DNA from: Candidatus Nealsonbacteria bacterium
GTDB lineage: Bacteria > Patescibacteriota > Minisyncoccia > Minisyncoccales > UBA6532
DNA: 64,000 bases
Direction: 5' to 3'
Assembly (NCBI GenBank): GCA_016186485.1
Contig: JACPLN010000007.1
Coordinates: forward strand, 33,603 to 97,602
The position numbers and the translations under genes are program-made. Below are positions 44,035 through 52,072 of the stretch, one piece after another. Positions within the stretch are counted from its first letter, which is position 1. Every line of letters starts with the position of its first letter. Below the pieces are notes generated by a model, which worked only from the letters and a program-made list of their open reading frames with translations, had not been told where the DNA came from and did not search any database.

Positions 44035-45443
44035 ATGATTGCAGTAGATTTGAAGGTTGCCAGGGCTTCTTCCCTCGCTTTTCTGTAAAAATCTTTGTCG
44101 GATAGAAACCTATCTAGGAGCGAAATCAGCTCTTTTTTTGTTTTGACGGAGAGGGGGAAATTTGGCACGGAAAAGTGCTTCTGGGCTATTTCCGGCGTTG
44201 TTTCCAAGGAGATTATTGTTGGTATCCCAAGGTAAAGAAGCTGCATAGTCAACGTTGTTCTTGGATTGAGCATTATTGCCAAATCCATATCTTTCTGTTT
44301 ATCCAGACCCCAGCGCTCTTTCACATGTTCTAAGAAGTCGTACTCTTTTGCCAGTTTGTCGTATTCTTCGTGCCAGTCCAAAAGCGCGTGCGACTTTATG
44401 TAAACCGAGACACCTTTTCCTTTTAAGAAATCGCAAATTTCCCTAATGTATTCAACTATTTTATCTTTATCCCCGAAAGGCACCTCCAGGTTTTCTTCCA
44501 TAGTCGTGGCAATAATAACGTTTTTTATTTTCTCCCTTATCTTATTATCCAGCTGAGGGTTTTTTTTAAAGCGTTCTGGCACCAGAGGAATGGTTTTTAC
44601 TCCGGGGTTTTTAGATCTGGCGTCGTTTTCCTGGAATTTAGTCCAGATATAATATTGGTCGGGTTTAAAAAATCTGTGCTTGTTAAAATCAAATGGAGAG
44701 CCGTGGGGATAGATTATTTGGGAAAATCCGAAAAGCCTGCTCCATAGCGAAAATGAGTTTCCCAATATATTATCTACGTCAGAAAAGACCACAGAACCAA
44801 TAGATTTATCTTTAGAAATTGTTTTTAAAATAGTCCGGATTCTTGCCGAAACAAAAGTTTGGTAAGAAAGGTATCCCAGGAAGTCAAAAAGGCTTGGGCC
44901 GGGCGCCGTTTTCTTTTTCAAAAACCTATAAATTTTGAATACGGTTATTGTATTGCCAATCCAGAATTTAAGAGATGGCCAAGGTTTTTTTATTACCGCA
45001 AAACCCTCGTCTCTCTTTAGGTTACCCTTCCAATCCACCACCGTTCCAATATTGATTTCTTTCATGAGATCTTGAAGCTGAAAAGCCCTTTTTAAGTCAA
45101 ATCCGTAGCTTAATACGGCAGATTTCTTGCCAGTTCTTTTTGGGACAATGTCATCATTAAAATATTTTTGGTCTAAATCCCACAATTCAGGATTAATTTC
45201 ATTAAAACCGATATATCGAGAACCAAATTTCCATTCATTAAAATTTCTGGGAGGAAACCTCACCCCGATTTTAGCTGACGGCGTTTTTGAGGGGTTGTCT
45301 TTGTTCCAAATCAGGGCAAAGAACAGGAAGATGAGCTCTCTTTTTATGCTTCCGAGAAAATATCGTTCCCCCCGGTTTCTCAAAGCGGAGAACAGTTCTC
45401 CGTAAAGAGTTAAAGCCGCTTCGTAGGTGTTTAGTTTAGTCAT
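44031..45443 (-). CDS. Uncharacterised 470-aa protein, last gene of the CMP-ulosonate operon; possible GT-B-like (TagF/KpsS-type) transferase
   Basis: No canonical motif. The C-terminal half alternates beta/alpha-like segments (VIIATTME..., VYIKSHALLDW, LGIPTIIS), reminiscent of capsule/teichoic-type transferases. Its stop overlaps the convergent stop (TTAG). Confidence 0.25.
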   Translation of the reverse strand: MTKLNTYEAALTLYGELFSALRNRGERYFLGSIKRELIFLFFALIWNKDNPSKTPSAKIGVRFPPRNFNEWKFGSRYIGFNEINPELWDLDQKYFNDDIVPKRTGKKSAVLSYGFDLKRAFQLQDLMKEINIGTVVDWKGNLKRDEGFAVIKKPWPSLKFWIGNTITVFKIYRFLKKKTAPGPSLFDFLGYLSYQTFVSARIRTILKTISKDKSIGSVVFSDVDNILGNSFSLWSRLFGFSQIIYPHGSPFDFNKHRFFKPDQYYIWTKFQENDARSKNPGVKTIPLVPERFKKNPQLDNKIREKIKNVIIATTMEENLEVPFGDKDKIVEYIREICDFLKGKGVSVYIKSHALLDWHEEYDKLAKEYDFLEHVKERWGLDKQKDMDLAIMLNPRTTLTMQLLYLGIPTIISLETTPEIAQKHFSVPNFPLSVKTKKELISLLDRFLSDKDFYRKAREEALATFKSTAII

Positions 45444-46084
45444 AAGAATTTCTCTAGTTCAAATAAATTATGGATTAATCCGTTTGTTTTCAACCCCTTA
45501 AACATATTATCTTTGCCGATTCTTCCGATAAATCTTATTTTGGCTTCCTTTGCTCCTTCAAAATCTTCAACGGCGTCTCCAACCATTAAAGCCTCTTCCG
45601 GTAAAAATTTATATTCCTCTAAAAGTTGCAGACAAAGCTGACCCTTTTTTCTTGGAGATCCCAAAACATCTCTAAAAAATCTGTCTATTCCTTTTGCTTT
45701 TACAATATATTTCATTTCTTTTTCTGGCGTTCCGGAAGCAACGAAGAAAGAAAAAGTTTTATAATACTTTTCTAAAAATTCATATGCTCCTGGAACGAAA
45801 GGGGATTTTATTACTTCTTTCAGGGTAAAATCAGAAAACTTTTCAGCTAATTTTTCTTCCTTTTCTTTGGAATAGGGGAGTTTGAGGATATCCCGGTGGA
45901 TTGTCTTGAACTTTTCAAAGCGAGAAAGGCCGCCGTGGGCCCTGTGCAATTTAACGATTTCATTGAGATGTTCTGGATAATCTTTGAATAAAAAAATAAA
46001 GGCCTTTTCTTTGATGCCCATTGATTCCACAATCACTCCATCAAAGTCAAAAATTATCGCCCTAGTTTTCGGTGAAGAAGCCAT
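45440..46084 (-). CDS. HAD-superfamily phosphatase (subfamily I, phosphoglycolate phosphatase/beta-PGM-like)
   Basis: AIIFDFDGVIVES (DxDG nucleophile motif), ASGT, MVGDAVED. Confidence 0.8.
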   Translation of the reverse strand: MASSPKTRAIIFDFDGVIVESMGIKEKAFIFLFKDYPEHLNEIVKLHRAHGGLSRFEKFKTIHRDILKLPYSKEKEEKLAEKFSDFTLKEVIKSPFVPGAYEFLEKYYKTFSFFVASGTPEKEMKYIVKAKGIDRFFRDVLGSPRKKGQLCLQLLEEYKFLPEEALMVGDAVEDFEGAKEAKIRFIGRIGKDNMFKGLKTNGLIHNLFELEKFL

Positions 46085-46979
46085 CTTCTTTTCTGTGGGG
46101 AGAATATTTTTTGTAGAGCTCTTTGGTTAAGTCTAATATGCCTTGGCCAAAATCTACGTAATTGTTGCTGTATATTCGTTTTGCAAGCTTGGGAGAAAAA
46201 TGGTAAGGAGAAATTTCGTAGTGGCCGGTAAGGGTGGCTTGGGGGAGATATTCTAACTCAATTTTATTGCCAAACATTTCTTTGATAAGTCTTAAAGCAT
46301 CTTTTACTTTGATTGGCTGGTTTCCGGTAATAATGACGTGCTGGTTTTTGTATTCGTCGTTTAAAATATCGCAGCTTAATCTGGCTGCGTCGTAAACGTG
46401 AATATAATCTCTTAGTTCTTCGCCCAACCCCGGGCGGCTTATTTTTCCTTCCGCAATCGCCTGCTTTATTGCCCTGTGTATCCAATTGGTTTCGTCGGCT
46501 CTGGGCCCGTACAATGAGCCAAAACGCAGGATTGTGTAGGGGAGGCCGTGAACTTCGTTGTAATTTTCTATAAGCAATTCCGAGGCCTGTTTTGAGCTTC
46601 GGTAAAAAGATCCGGCGTTGCTGTATACATAAATGGTGCTGGCAAAAACGAATCTTTTAACGTTCTCTCGCTTTGTGGCCTCCAGAATTACGGCATTGCC
46701 CAGGATATTTGTCTTTACGGTTTCTAACGGATTTTCTTTGGCCTTGTCCAGGTCGGCAATGGCGGCAAAATTATATGCTATTTGGCAGCCCTTAATGGCT
46801 TCCCCAACTTTTTTTTGGTCGGCAATATCGCCGATAACCATAGTTTGGTCTTCTTTAATATAGGGTGATTTTTTCAGATCAAAAACAACCACACCATACC
46901 CTCTTTTGGTAAGTTCGTCAGCCACATGGCTTCCAAGAAATCCCGCTCCGCCGAAAACAACAGCTTTTTCTTTGCTCAT
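46062..46979 (-). CDS. NAD-dependent epimerase/dehydratase (SDR)
   Basis: AVVFGGAGFLGSHVADEL, YRSSKQASE (YxxxK). Confidence 0.8.
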   Translation of the reverse strand: MSKEKAVVFGGAGFLGSHVADELTKRGYGVVVFDLKKSPYIKEDQTMVIGDIADQKKVGEAIKGCQIAYNFAAIADLDKAKENPLETVKTNILGNAVILEATKRENVKRFVFASTIYVYSNAGSFYRSSKQASELLIENYNEVHGLPYTILRFGSLYGPRADETNWIHRAIKQAIAEGKISRPGLGEELRDYIHVYDAARLSCDILNDEYKNQHVIITGNQPIKVKDALRLIKEMFGNKIELEYLPQATLTGHYEISPYHFSPKLAKRIYSNNYVDFGQGILDLTKELYKKYSPHRKEDGFFTEN

Positions 46980-47890
46980 ATAGTTTTTATATTTAAACCG
47001 TCTAAGAGGTTTATAACCGCCTGTTTTTCCATTTCTATCCTTGCCTCTTTGGCGTAAGAACCGATGTGGGCGGTTAGCACCACATTGTCCAATTCCCTTA
47101 ATTTTCCTTTATATGGCTCTTCCGAAGGAGTGTCAATAGCCGCTAAGGATAATTTCCCCGACTTTAACGCTTCATAAAGCGCATTCTCGTCAATTAAATT
47201 GCCTCGCGCCGCGTTAATCAAGAAAGCGCCGTTTTTCATTTTGGCAATAGCTTTTTCGTCTATCGGGCAACCTGCTTCTCCCGGTAAATGTAAAGTTATG
47301 ATATCAGAGCTGGTTAGCAGTTTTTCTAATGATACCATTTTTTGTCCTAGATTTTCAGGTTGCGGAGCAATATCGTATGCTAAAATATTTACTCCGAAGG
47401 GCTTTAAAAGCCGGCAGACCGATTTGCCAATTCTTCCAAGACCGATTATTCCGACCGTCTTTCCGGCCAATAATTCGCCGGTAAGTTTTGGCCACTGACC
47501 TTGCTTGATCTCCCGGTCGTTTTGTGGAATCTTTCTTAGGCAGCTGATAATCAACCCTAACGTTAATTCTGCCACTGCTTGAGTTGGCGCTTCGGGCGTG
47601 TTGTAGACCTTGATGCCCAGTTCCTTTGCGGCTTTCAAGTCCACGCTATCCATGCCTACGCCGCAGCGGGAAATAGCTTTAAGATTTTTTAATTTTTCCA
47701 GAACGTCTCTGCTTAAAGGTTCGGTTCCTGCAATAATCCCTACGGTGTCTATTGCCAGTTCTACAATCTCTTTTTTTTCTAGTTTCCGGCCGTAAGGATT
47801 TAATTTGAATTCCAAGCCCGCTCTTTTTAAGATTTCTAGTGGTTCAGAATCAAACTCTCCAAATGTGCTTGTGGAAATTAAAACCTTCAT
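46976..47890 (-). CDS. D-isomer-specific 2-hydroxyacid dehydrogenase (SerA/GhrB-like)
   Basis: GKTVGIIGLGRIGKSV NAD motif, INAARGNLIDE, LTAHIGSY (Arg/Glu/His triad context). Confidence 0.85.
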   Translation of the reverse strand: MKVLISTSTFGEFDSEPLEILKRAGLEFKLNPYGRKLEKKEIVELAIDTVGIIAGTEPLSRDVLEKLKNLKAISRCGVGMDSVDLKAAKELGIKVYNTPEAPTQAVAELTLGLIISCLRKIPQNDREIKQGQWPKLTGELLAGKTVGIIGLGRIGKSVCRLLKPFGVNILAYDIAPQPENLGQKMVSLEKLLTSSDIITLHLPGEAGCPIDEKAIAKMKNGAFLINAARGNLIDENALYEALKSGKLSLAAIDTPSEEPYKGKLRELDNVVLTAHIGSYAKEARIEMEKQAVINLLDGLNIKTI

Positions 47891-48657
47891 TTTTTATAAG
47901 ATTTGACCAATTGGTCGTTTGCCATTTGTTTTTCTACCCTTTCTAAGTCCTTTGGGGTATCAACGCAGTAGGTATCAAAGTTTTCAAGAACCATTTTCAC
48001 TTTATAGCCGTGTTCCAAAATCCGATTCATATCAATTGACTCAACGATTTCTAAATGAGAAGGCTCTAACTCCTCAAACTTTAAGAGAAAATCTCTTGTG
48101 AAGGGTATGATGCAAACTTGTTTTAACATTTTCACTTCTTTGGCTCCTTTCTTCCAAGAGGGAATCGGCTCGCGGGAAAAATAAATCGCGAAATTATTCT
48201 TATCCACCACCACTTTCGGGCAATTAGGGTCGTCATGCTCTTCCCTGCTTTTAATCGGAGCCATTAAATTCACTACTTTAATTGATGGATTTTCCAACAT
48301 TGGCTCTAAAGCCAAATCAATCATTTCGGGAAACACCATCGGTTCATCTCCCTGGATCATGACCGCGGCATCAACTTTTTTGCCGGTTTCCGACTCAATT
48401 TTGAGCATTGCTTCAGAACACCTGCTGGAAGCTCTTTCGTGTTTGTCACTTGTCATTACGGCTTTTGCGCCGATAGATTTAGCGTAGTCGGCTATTTCTT
48501 GGTCGCAAGTGGCGATATATACTTCGTTAAGGGACTTTGCCATCTTGCTCCTGAAATAAACGTGACCCACCATTGGTATGCCCAAAATCTTAGCTAATGG
48601 TTTTCCCGGAAACCGGGAGGACCCCATCCTCGCAGGAATAATGCCAATTATATTCAT
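47887..48657 (-). CDS. kdsB: 3-deoxy-manno-octulosonate cytidylyltransferase-like CMP-ulosonate synthetase
   Basis: IIPARMGSSRFPGKPL, IQGDEPM, YFSREPIP, VDTPKDLERV, colinear with E. coli KdsB (IIPARYASTRLPGKPL, VQGDEPM, YFSRATIP, VDTPEDLERV). Confidence 0.8.
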   Translation of the reverse strand: MNIIGIIPARMGSSRFPGKPLAKILGIPMVGHVYFRSKMAKSLNEVYIATCDQEIADYAKSIGAKAVMTSDKHERASSRCSEAMLKIESETGKKVDAAVMIQGDEPMVFPEMIDLALEPMLENPSIKVVNLMAPIKSREEHDDPNCPKVVVDKNNFAIYFSREPIPSWKKGAKEVKMLKQVCIIPFTRDFLLKFEELEPSHLEIVESIDMNRILEHGYKVKMVLENFDTYCVDTPKDLERVEKQMANDQLVKSYKK

Positions 48658-48744
48658 ATTGTTATATTGTTTTATATTAATAAAACCCTGACCTTTTCTA
48701 CTCTTTCATTGTTTTATAAACCACCGATTTTGTCAATGAAGAGC

Positions 48745-48772
48745 TTGACTTTTTAAGAAAGACTATTACACT
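48745..48772 (+). promoter_or_regulatory. Putative promoter of aldolase gene 48792
   Basis: TTGACT, 16-nt spacer, TACACT. Confidence 0.35.
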
Positions 48773-48791
48773 ACAAAAGAGTGAATGAACA

Positions 48792-49700
48792 ATGGGAGAA
48801 GGAGAGATAGCGGGAGAAAGAGGAAATTATTTGCAGAATGTTACAGCTAAGATAAAAAAAGATTTGGCGGTCGGCAATCCCGTTGTAGGAACGATGTTTA
48901 TAGAAAAGGAAGGGATAGATAGGCTTGACGATCCCCTTGCTTTAGCCAAGAAATTGGGATACCGGTTCGTCATAATTGACTGCGAACATCAATTATATAA
49001 TCCAGAAACATTGGCTGGTTATGCCAAGCGGGCTCACCAAGTGGGGATCTCAATCTGGATAAGACCTGCCCAGCTAAACGAAACACCAATAAGCAGATAC
49101 GCTGACAGAGGATTTAGCGGATTCTTGGTAGCAAACGCCATTAGCCGTATTCGACTTTCCAAGATAATTGACCAAGCATACTTTCATCCCATAGTTGACG
49201 ATCGAGCCTACATCAGGAGAGGGTATTCCATCGGGCCCCTTTTACTGGATGGGCAAAGATTTGAAAATTTTGCCGAAGAAATTGATTATGTGAATAGAAA
49301 CATGATTGTTGTAGTTCAGACCGAACATCCTCGGGGGATAGTTAATTTAGAAGAGATGCTATCTAGAGAAGGGGTTGATGGGTCAGTCATAGGTATGAAT
49401 GATTTGTCTATAAACTTAGCCCGTTTATCAAAGAGATTAGAAGTGCTTGAAAAGCCAAAGGATGAGATGTACAAAGACGAGGGACTAAAGAGGGCTTTCC
49501 AAGACATCGCCGCTGTATCGGAGAAAACCGGCAAACCAGCCGGAGTTCATATTGTGAGGGTAAACCAGCTGAAACTCATCAGATTGTTTGTAGACGAGTT
49601 GAGCTATCGGCTAATGGTACTCGGCACAGAAGCCAATTTCTTTGATGAGCGAATGCTTAAAGCAAAAGAATATATTGAAAGCAAAAACAAAAGGCTTTGA
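48792..49700 (+). CDS. HpcH/HpaI-family class II (pyruvate-type) aldolase, divergent
   Basis: GYRFVIIDCEHQ, VVVQTEHPRGIVNLEEMLSREGVDGSVIGMNDLS. Bidirectional terminator follows. Confidence 0.65.
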   Translation: MGEGEIAGERGNYLQNVTAKIKKDLAVGNPVVGTMFIEKEGIDRLDDPLALAKKLGYRFVIIDCEHQLYNPETLAGYAKRAHQVGISIWIRPAQLNETPISRYADRGFSGFLVANAISRIRLSKIIDQAYFHPIVDDRAYIRRGYSIGPLLLDGQRFENFAEEIDYVNRNMIVVVQTEHPRGIVNLEEMLSREGVDGSVIGMNDLSINLARLSKRLEVLEKPKDEMYKDEGLKRAFQDIAAVSEKTGKPAGVHIVRVNQLKLIRLFVDELSYRLMVLGTEANFFDERMLKAKEYIESKNKRL

Positions 49701-49725
49701 TTGTAATAATCAAGGCTATTTTTTA
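49693..49725. terminator. Bidirectional terminator between the two convergent aldolase genes
   Basis: GGCTTTGATT-GTAAT-AATCAAGGCT stem, T-run (TATTTTTT) on the plus side and TTTTGTTTTT on the minus side. Confidence 0.7.
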
Positions 49726-49738
49726 GGCGAGGATATTA

Positions 49739-50509
49739 TTATCTTATTCTTAAATTATTAAGAGATTCTAATAACTTTTTGCAGTTGGTTCCCAAAAATA
49801 AAGTGTCTAAACTGAAGCCAAGGAATCTGTAGCCCTCGTTTATTTTTTGTTTTAAAGCGTCGGCGTCCGGAGGAACGACATGGAAGCCGGCGGTTTTGTT
49901 TAGTTTTTTGGCTGTTGCCGTTACTTTCTCCAGGGCCTCTTTTACCCTTTGGTCTTCAAATTGGCCGGGAATTCCCAAAGATCCCGAAAGGTCGTAGGGG
50001 CCGACGATGAAACTATCAACCCCTTCTACTTTTAAAATTTCCTCTAAGTTTTCAACTGCCTTAATGTGTTCTATTTGGACAATTACTATACTTTCATTCA
50101 CAAGCCAATTTTTATATTGTTCAAACCCCAATCCATACCCTTGGGCTCTGGCCAAACCCACTCCTCTTTTGCCATGCGGCGGGTATTTAACTGCCTCAAC
50201 TGCTTTTATTGCCTCTTCTCTGCTGTTGACCATCGGCACTATTACGCCGTGGGCCCCGGCATCCATCACTCTTTTTATTAAATAAGGATTATTCTCACCA
50301 ACCCTCACCAGAGGAGTGCAGCCGGATAGCTCAATTACCTTAATTAAGTTCTGGGCATCTCTTAAATCAATGGCGCTATGCTCCATATCAATGGTCAGCC
50401 AATCAAAACCTGCCTTCGCCATAATTTCAGCGATGCTGGTATGCCCTAAAGTAATCCAAGAGCCAATGGTTAGCTTATTTTGCCTTAAAGCTTCCTTAAG
50501 AAACGCCAT
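49739..50509 (-). CDS. HpcH/HpaI-family class II aldolase (2-keto-3-deoxy-acid aldolase)
   Basis: TIGSWITLGHTSIAEIMAKAGFDWLTIDMEHS, PLVRV, VIVPMVNS, VQIEHIKAVENLEEIL.VEGVDSFIVGPYDLS. Confidence 0.85.
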   Translation of the reverse strand: MAFLKEALRQNKLTIGSWITLGHTSIAEIMAKAGFDWLTIDMEHSAIDLRDAQNLIKVIELSGCTPLVRVGENNPYLIKRVMDAGAHGVIVPMVNSREEAIKAVEAVKYPPHGKRGVGLARAQGYGLGFEQYKNWLVNESIVIVQIEHIKAVENLEEILKVEGVDSFIVGPYDLSGSLGIPGQFEDQRVKEALEKVTATAKKLNKTAGFHVVPPDADALKQKINEGYRFLGFSLDTLFLGTNCKKLLESLNNLRIR

Positions 50510-50563
50510 AGTTTGATGGTAGCAATTTCCCCAAATAAATCAAGCTATGCTAGGATAAGATAA

Positions 50564-50605
50564 ATCCTCCCACCTTTCCCAGGGTATTTTGAAGGGTGGG
50601 AGGAT
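50564..50605. other. Perfect 11-bp inverted repeat in a divergent intergenic region
   Basis: ATCCTCCCACC - 20 nt - GGTGGGAGGAT. Confidence 0.8.
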
Positions 50606-50662
50606 AAACGGACTACGGCTAAATTTAAAAGACCGCCAGAAGAGATTCAGGAGAATTTCCTG

Positions 50663-50691
50663 TTGACAACTAAGGGGCAAAAGGAGATAAT
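50663..50691 (+). promoter_or_regulatory. Putative promoter of the histidine-phosphatase/HIT genes
   Basis: TTGACA, 17-nt spacer, GATAAT. Confidence 0.5.
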
Positions 50692-50706
50692 AGTGGGTAG
50701 AAATAA

Positions 50707-51294
50707 ATGATCTTTAAGAATTCAAATAGGAAAATTATTCTTGTGCGGCACGGAGAAACAGAATGGAATCGTGAGGGCAGGCATCAGGGGCACCTAGACT
50801 CTCCGCTTACGGAAAAAGGTCAAAAACAGGTCTATATTCTTTCTGAGAAGATTAAAGAAAGCGGCTTAGCAATAGATTGTATTGTTAGTTCTGATCTGGG
50901 CCGGGCCCGTCAAACAGCGGAGATTTTAAAAGAAGAACTTAATATTGACTGTATTAAGTTTACTCCCGCTTTTCGAGAACGCAATTATGGTCTTCTGCAA
51001 GGAATGCTTTTATCCGAGATCCAAGAAAAATATCCGGATCTTGTTGGGCCCAAAGGAGAGTCTTTGCGCAATGCGCCAGAGGTTCCATCGGGTGAGGCCC
51101 TTAAAAATTTTACAAAGAGAGTAATGTTGGGAATGAGATCCCTAAGGGATCTTAAATTTCGGCATAATCTTATCTTGGTAACACATTACGGAACCGCATC
51201 TCTTATCTTGGCTAGTTTGGGCATAAAATTGGTTGGTCGGTCTTTCTTAGAAGACCCAAGATTATTTTTGACCATAGATCTTGACAAAGTTTAA
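50707..51294 (+). CDS. Histidine phosphatase family protein (phosphoglycerate-mutase-like)
   Basis: IILVRHGETEWN (RHG motif), SSDLGRARQTAE, LVTHYG. Confidence 0.85.
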   Translation: MIFKNSNRKIILVRHGETEWNREGRHQGHLDSPLTEKGQKQVYILSEKIKESGLAIDCIVSSDLGRARQTAEILKEELNIDCIKFTPAFRERNYGLLQGMLLSEIQEKYPDLVGPKGESLRNAPEVPSGEALKNFTKRVMLGMRSLRDLKFRHNLILVTHYGTASLILASLGIKLVGRSFLEDPRLFLTIDLDKV

Positions 51295-51327
51295 TTAGTG
51301 TTTAAAATGAGGCACAGGTGAATATGA

Positions 51328-51738
51328 TTGGCGGAGTTTCCTAAACCGAAGCCAGGATCCGTATTCTACGAAGACGAGAAGTGTTACGCCTGTTTAGCTT
51401 TCCAGAGAAAAAACGTTAAGGGAAAAACAATAGTTGCCTGGAAAGCGGATGTTGAAGACCTGAACGATCTTTCCGAAAAAGATTACCAGCATCTTATGAA
51501 AGTGGTTTACGTGGTCAGGCTAGCGCTCAAAATTGTCTACAGAACCGATAACGTATACGTTGCCTGCCTTAACGAAGCAAAACATGTGCACTGGCACCTT
51601 TTCCCTCGTTGTCGTGGCGGAATCGAAGGGTTTGAATTAATGACTCAGCCCCAAGAAGACTTGCCAGAAGAGGATCTCAAGAAAGTTCCTGGGTTGAAAC
51701 TATTAACAGAAAAATACGCAAGACTAAGACGGTGGTAA
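51328..51738 (+). CDS. HIT (histidine triad) family protein
   Basis: TTG start 6 nt after AGGTGA. HVHWHLFPR histidine-triad motif. Confidence 0.7.
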   Translation: MAEFPKPKPGSVFYEDEKCYACLAFQRKNVKGKTIVAWKADVEDLNDLSEKDYQHLMKVVYVVRLALKIVYRTDNVYVACLNEAKHVHWHLFPRCRGGIEGFELMTQPQEDLPEEDLKKVPGLKLLTEKYARLRRW

Positions 51739-51789
51739 CCAAACCATCGCCTTTTTTGTTCCTCCGGCAAAAGAAAAATATTAAACTAA

Positions 51790-51818
51790 TTGGACAAGAG
51801 AAATAATTTTTGTATAAT
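51790..51818 (+). promoter_or_regulatory. Putative promoter of the carbamoyltransferase module
   Basis: TTGGAC, 17-nt spacer, TATAAT preceded by TG. Confidence 0.5.
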
Positions 51819-51851
51819 TAAGCCAAGATTCGGGCATTTTTATTTAGTCTA

Positions 51852-52070
51852 ATGAAAGAAACAATAAAAAAAATCTGGGGAAAATGGAAAGGGGTTACTA
51901 GGGTTTGGGGCGTATTCAATTCCTATATAATCCTAACCCTTTTTTATTTTTTGATTATAGGGCCAGTAGCAATAGTTCGGAAATTAATAAAATTAAGGCA
52001 AACGCCCCAAAACAGCTACTGGATCAAAAAAGAAGAAAGCGACCCCGAAAGCTATAAACACCAGTTTTAA
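51852..52070 (+). CDS. Small membrane protein, possibly a short SxtJ-like protein
   Basis: 72 aa with one TM (WGVFNSYIILTLFYFLIIGPVAIV). Ends 2 nt before the carbamoyltransferase ATG. Resemblance to the C-terminal half of SxtJ-type proteins is from memory only. Confidence 0.4.
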   Translation: MKETIKKIWGKWKGVTRVWGVFNSYIILTLFYFLIIGPVAIVRKLIKLRQTPQNSYWIKKEESDPESYKHQF

Positions 52071-52072
52071 AT

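Noticed and set aside
50681-50710. A five-codon leader ORF (GTG GGT AGA AAT AAA TGA) with an AAGGAG RBS, coupled by ATGA to the histidine phosphatase gene
   Set aside because: The arrangement is attractive, but five codons cannot be supported from sequence alone. The predicted -10 (GATAAT 50686-50691) overlaps the AAGGAG, so the RBS may not even be transcribed.
51739-51790. A terminator after the HIT gene (CCTTTTTTG...CAAAAG)
   Set aside because: Only a short, AT-rich, imperfect stem could be drawn. It is not convincing as an intrinsic terminator.
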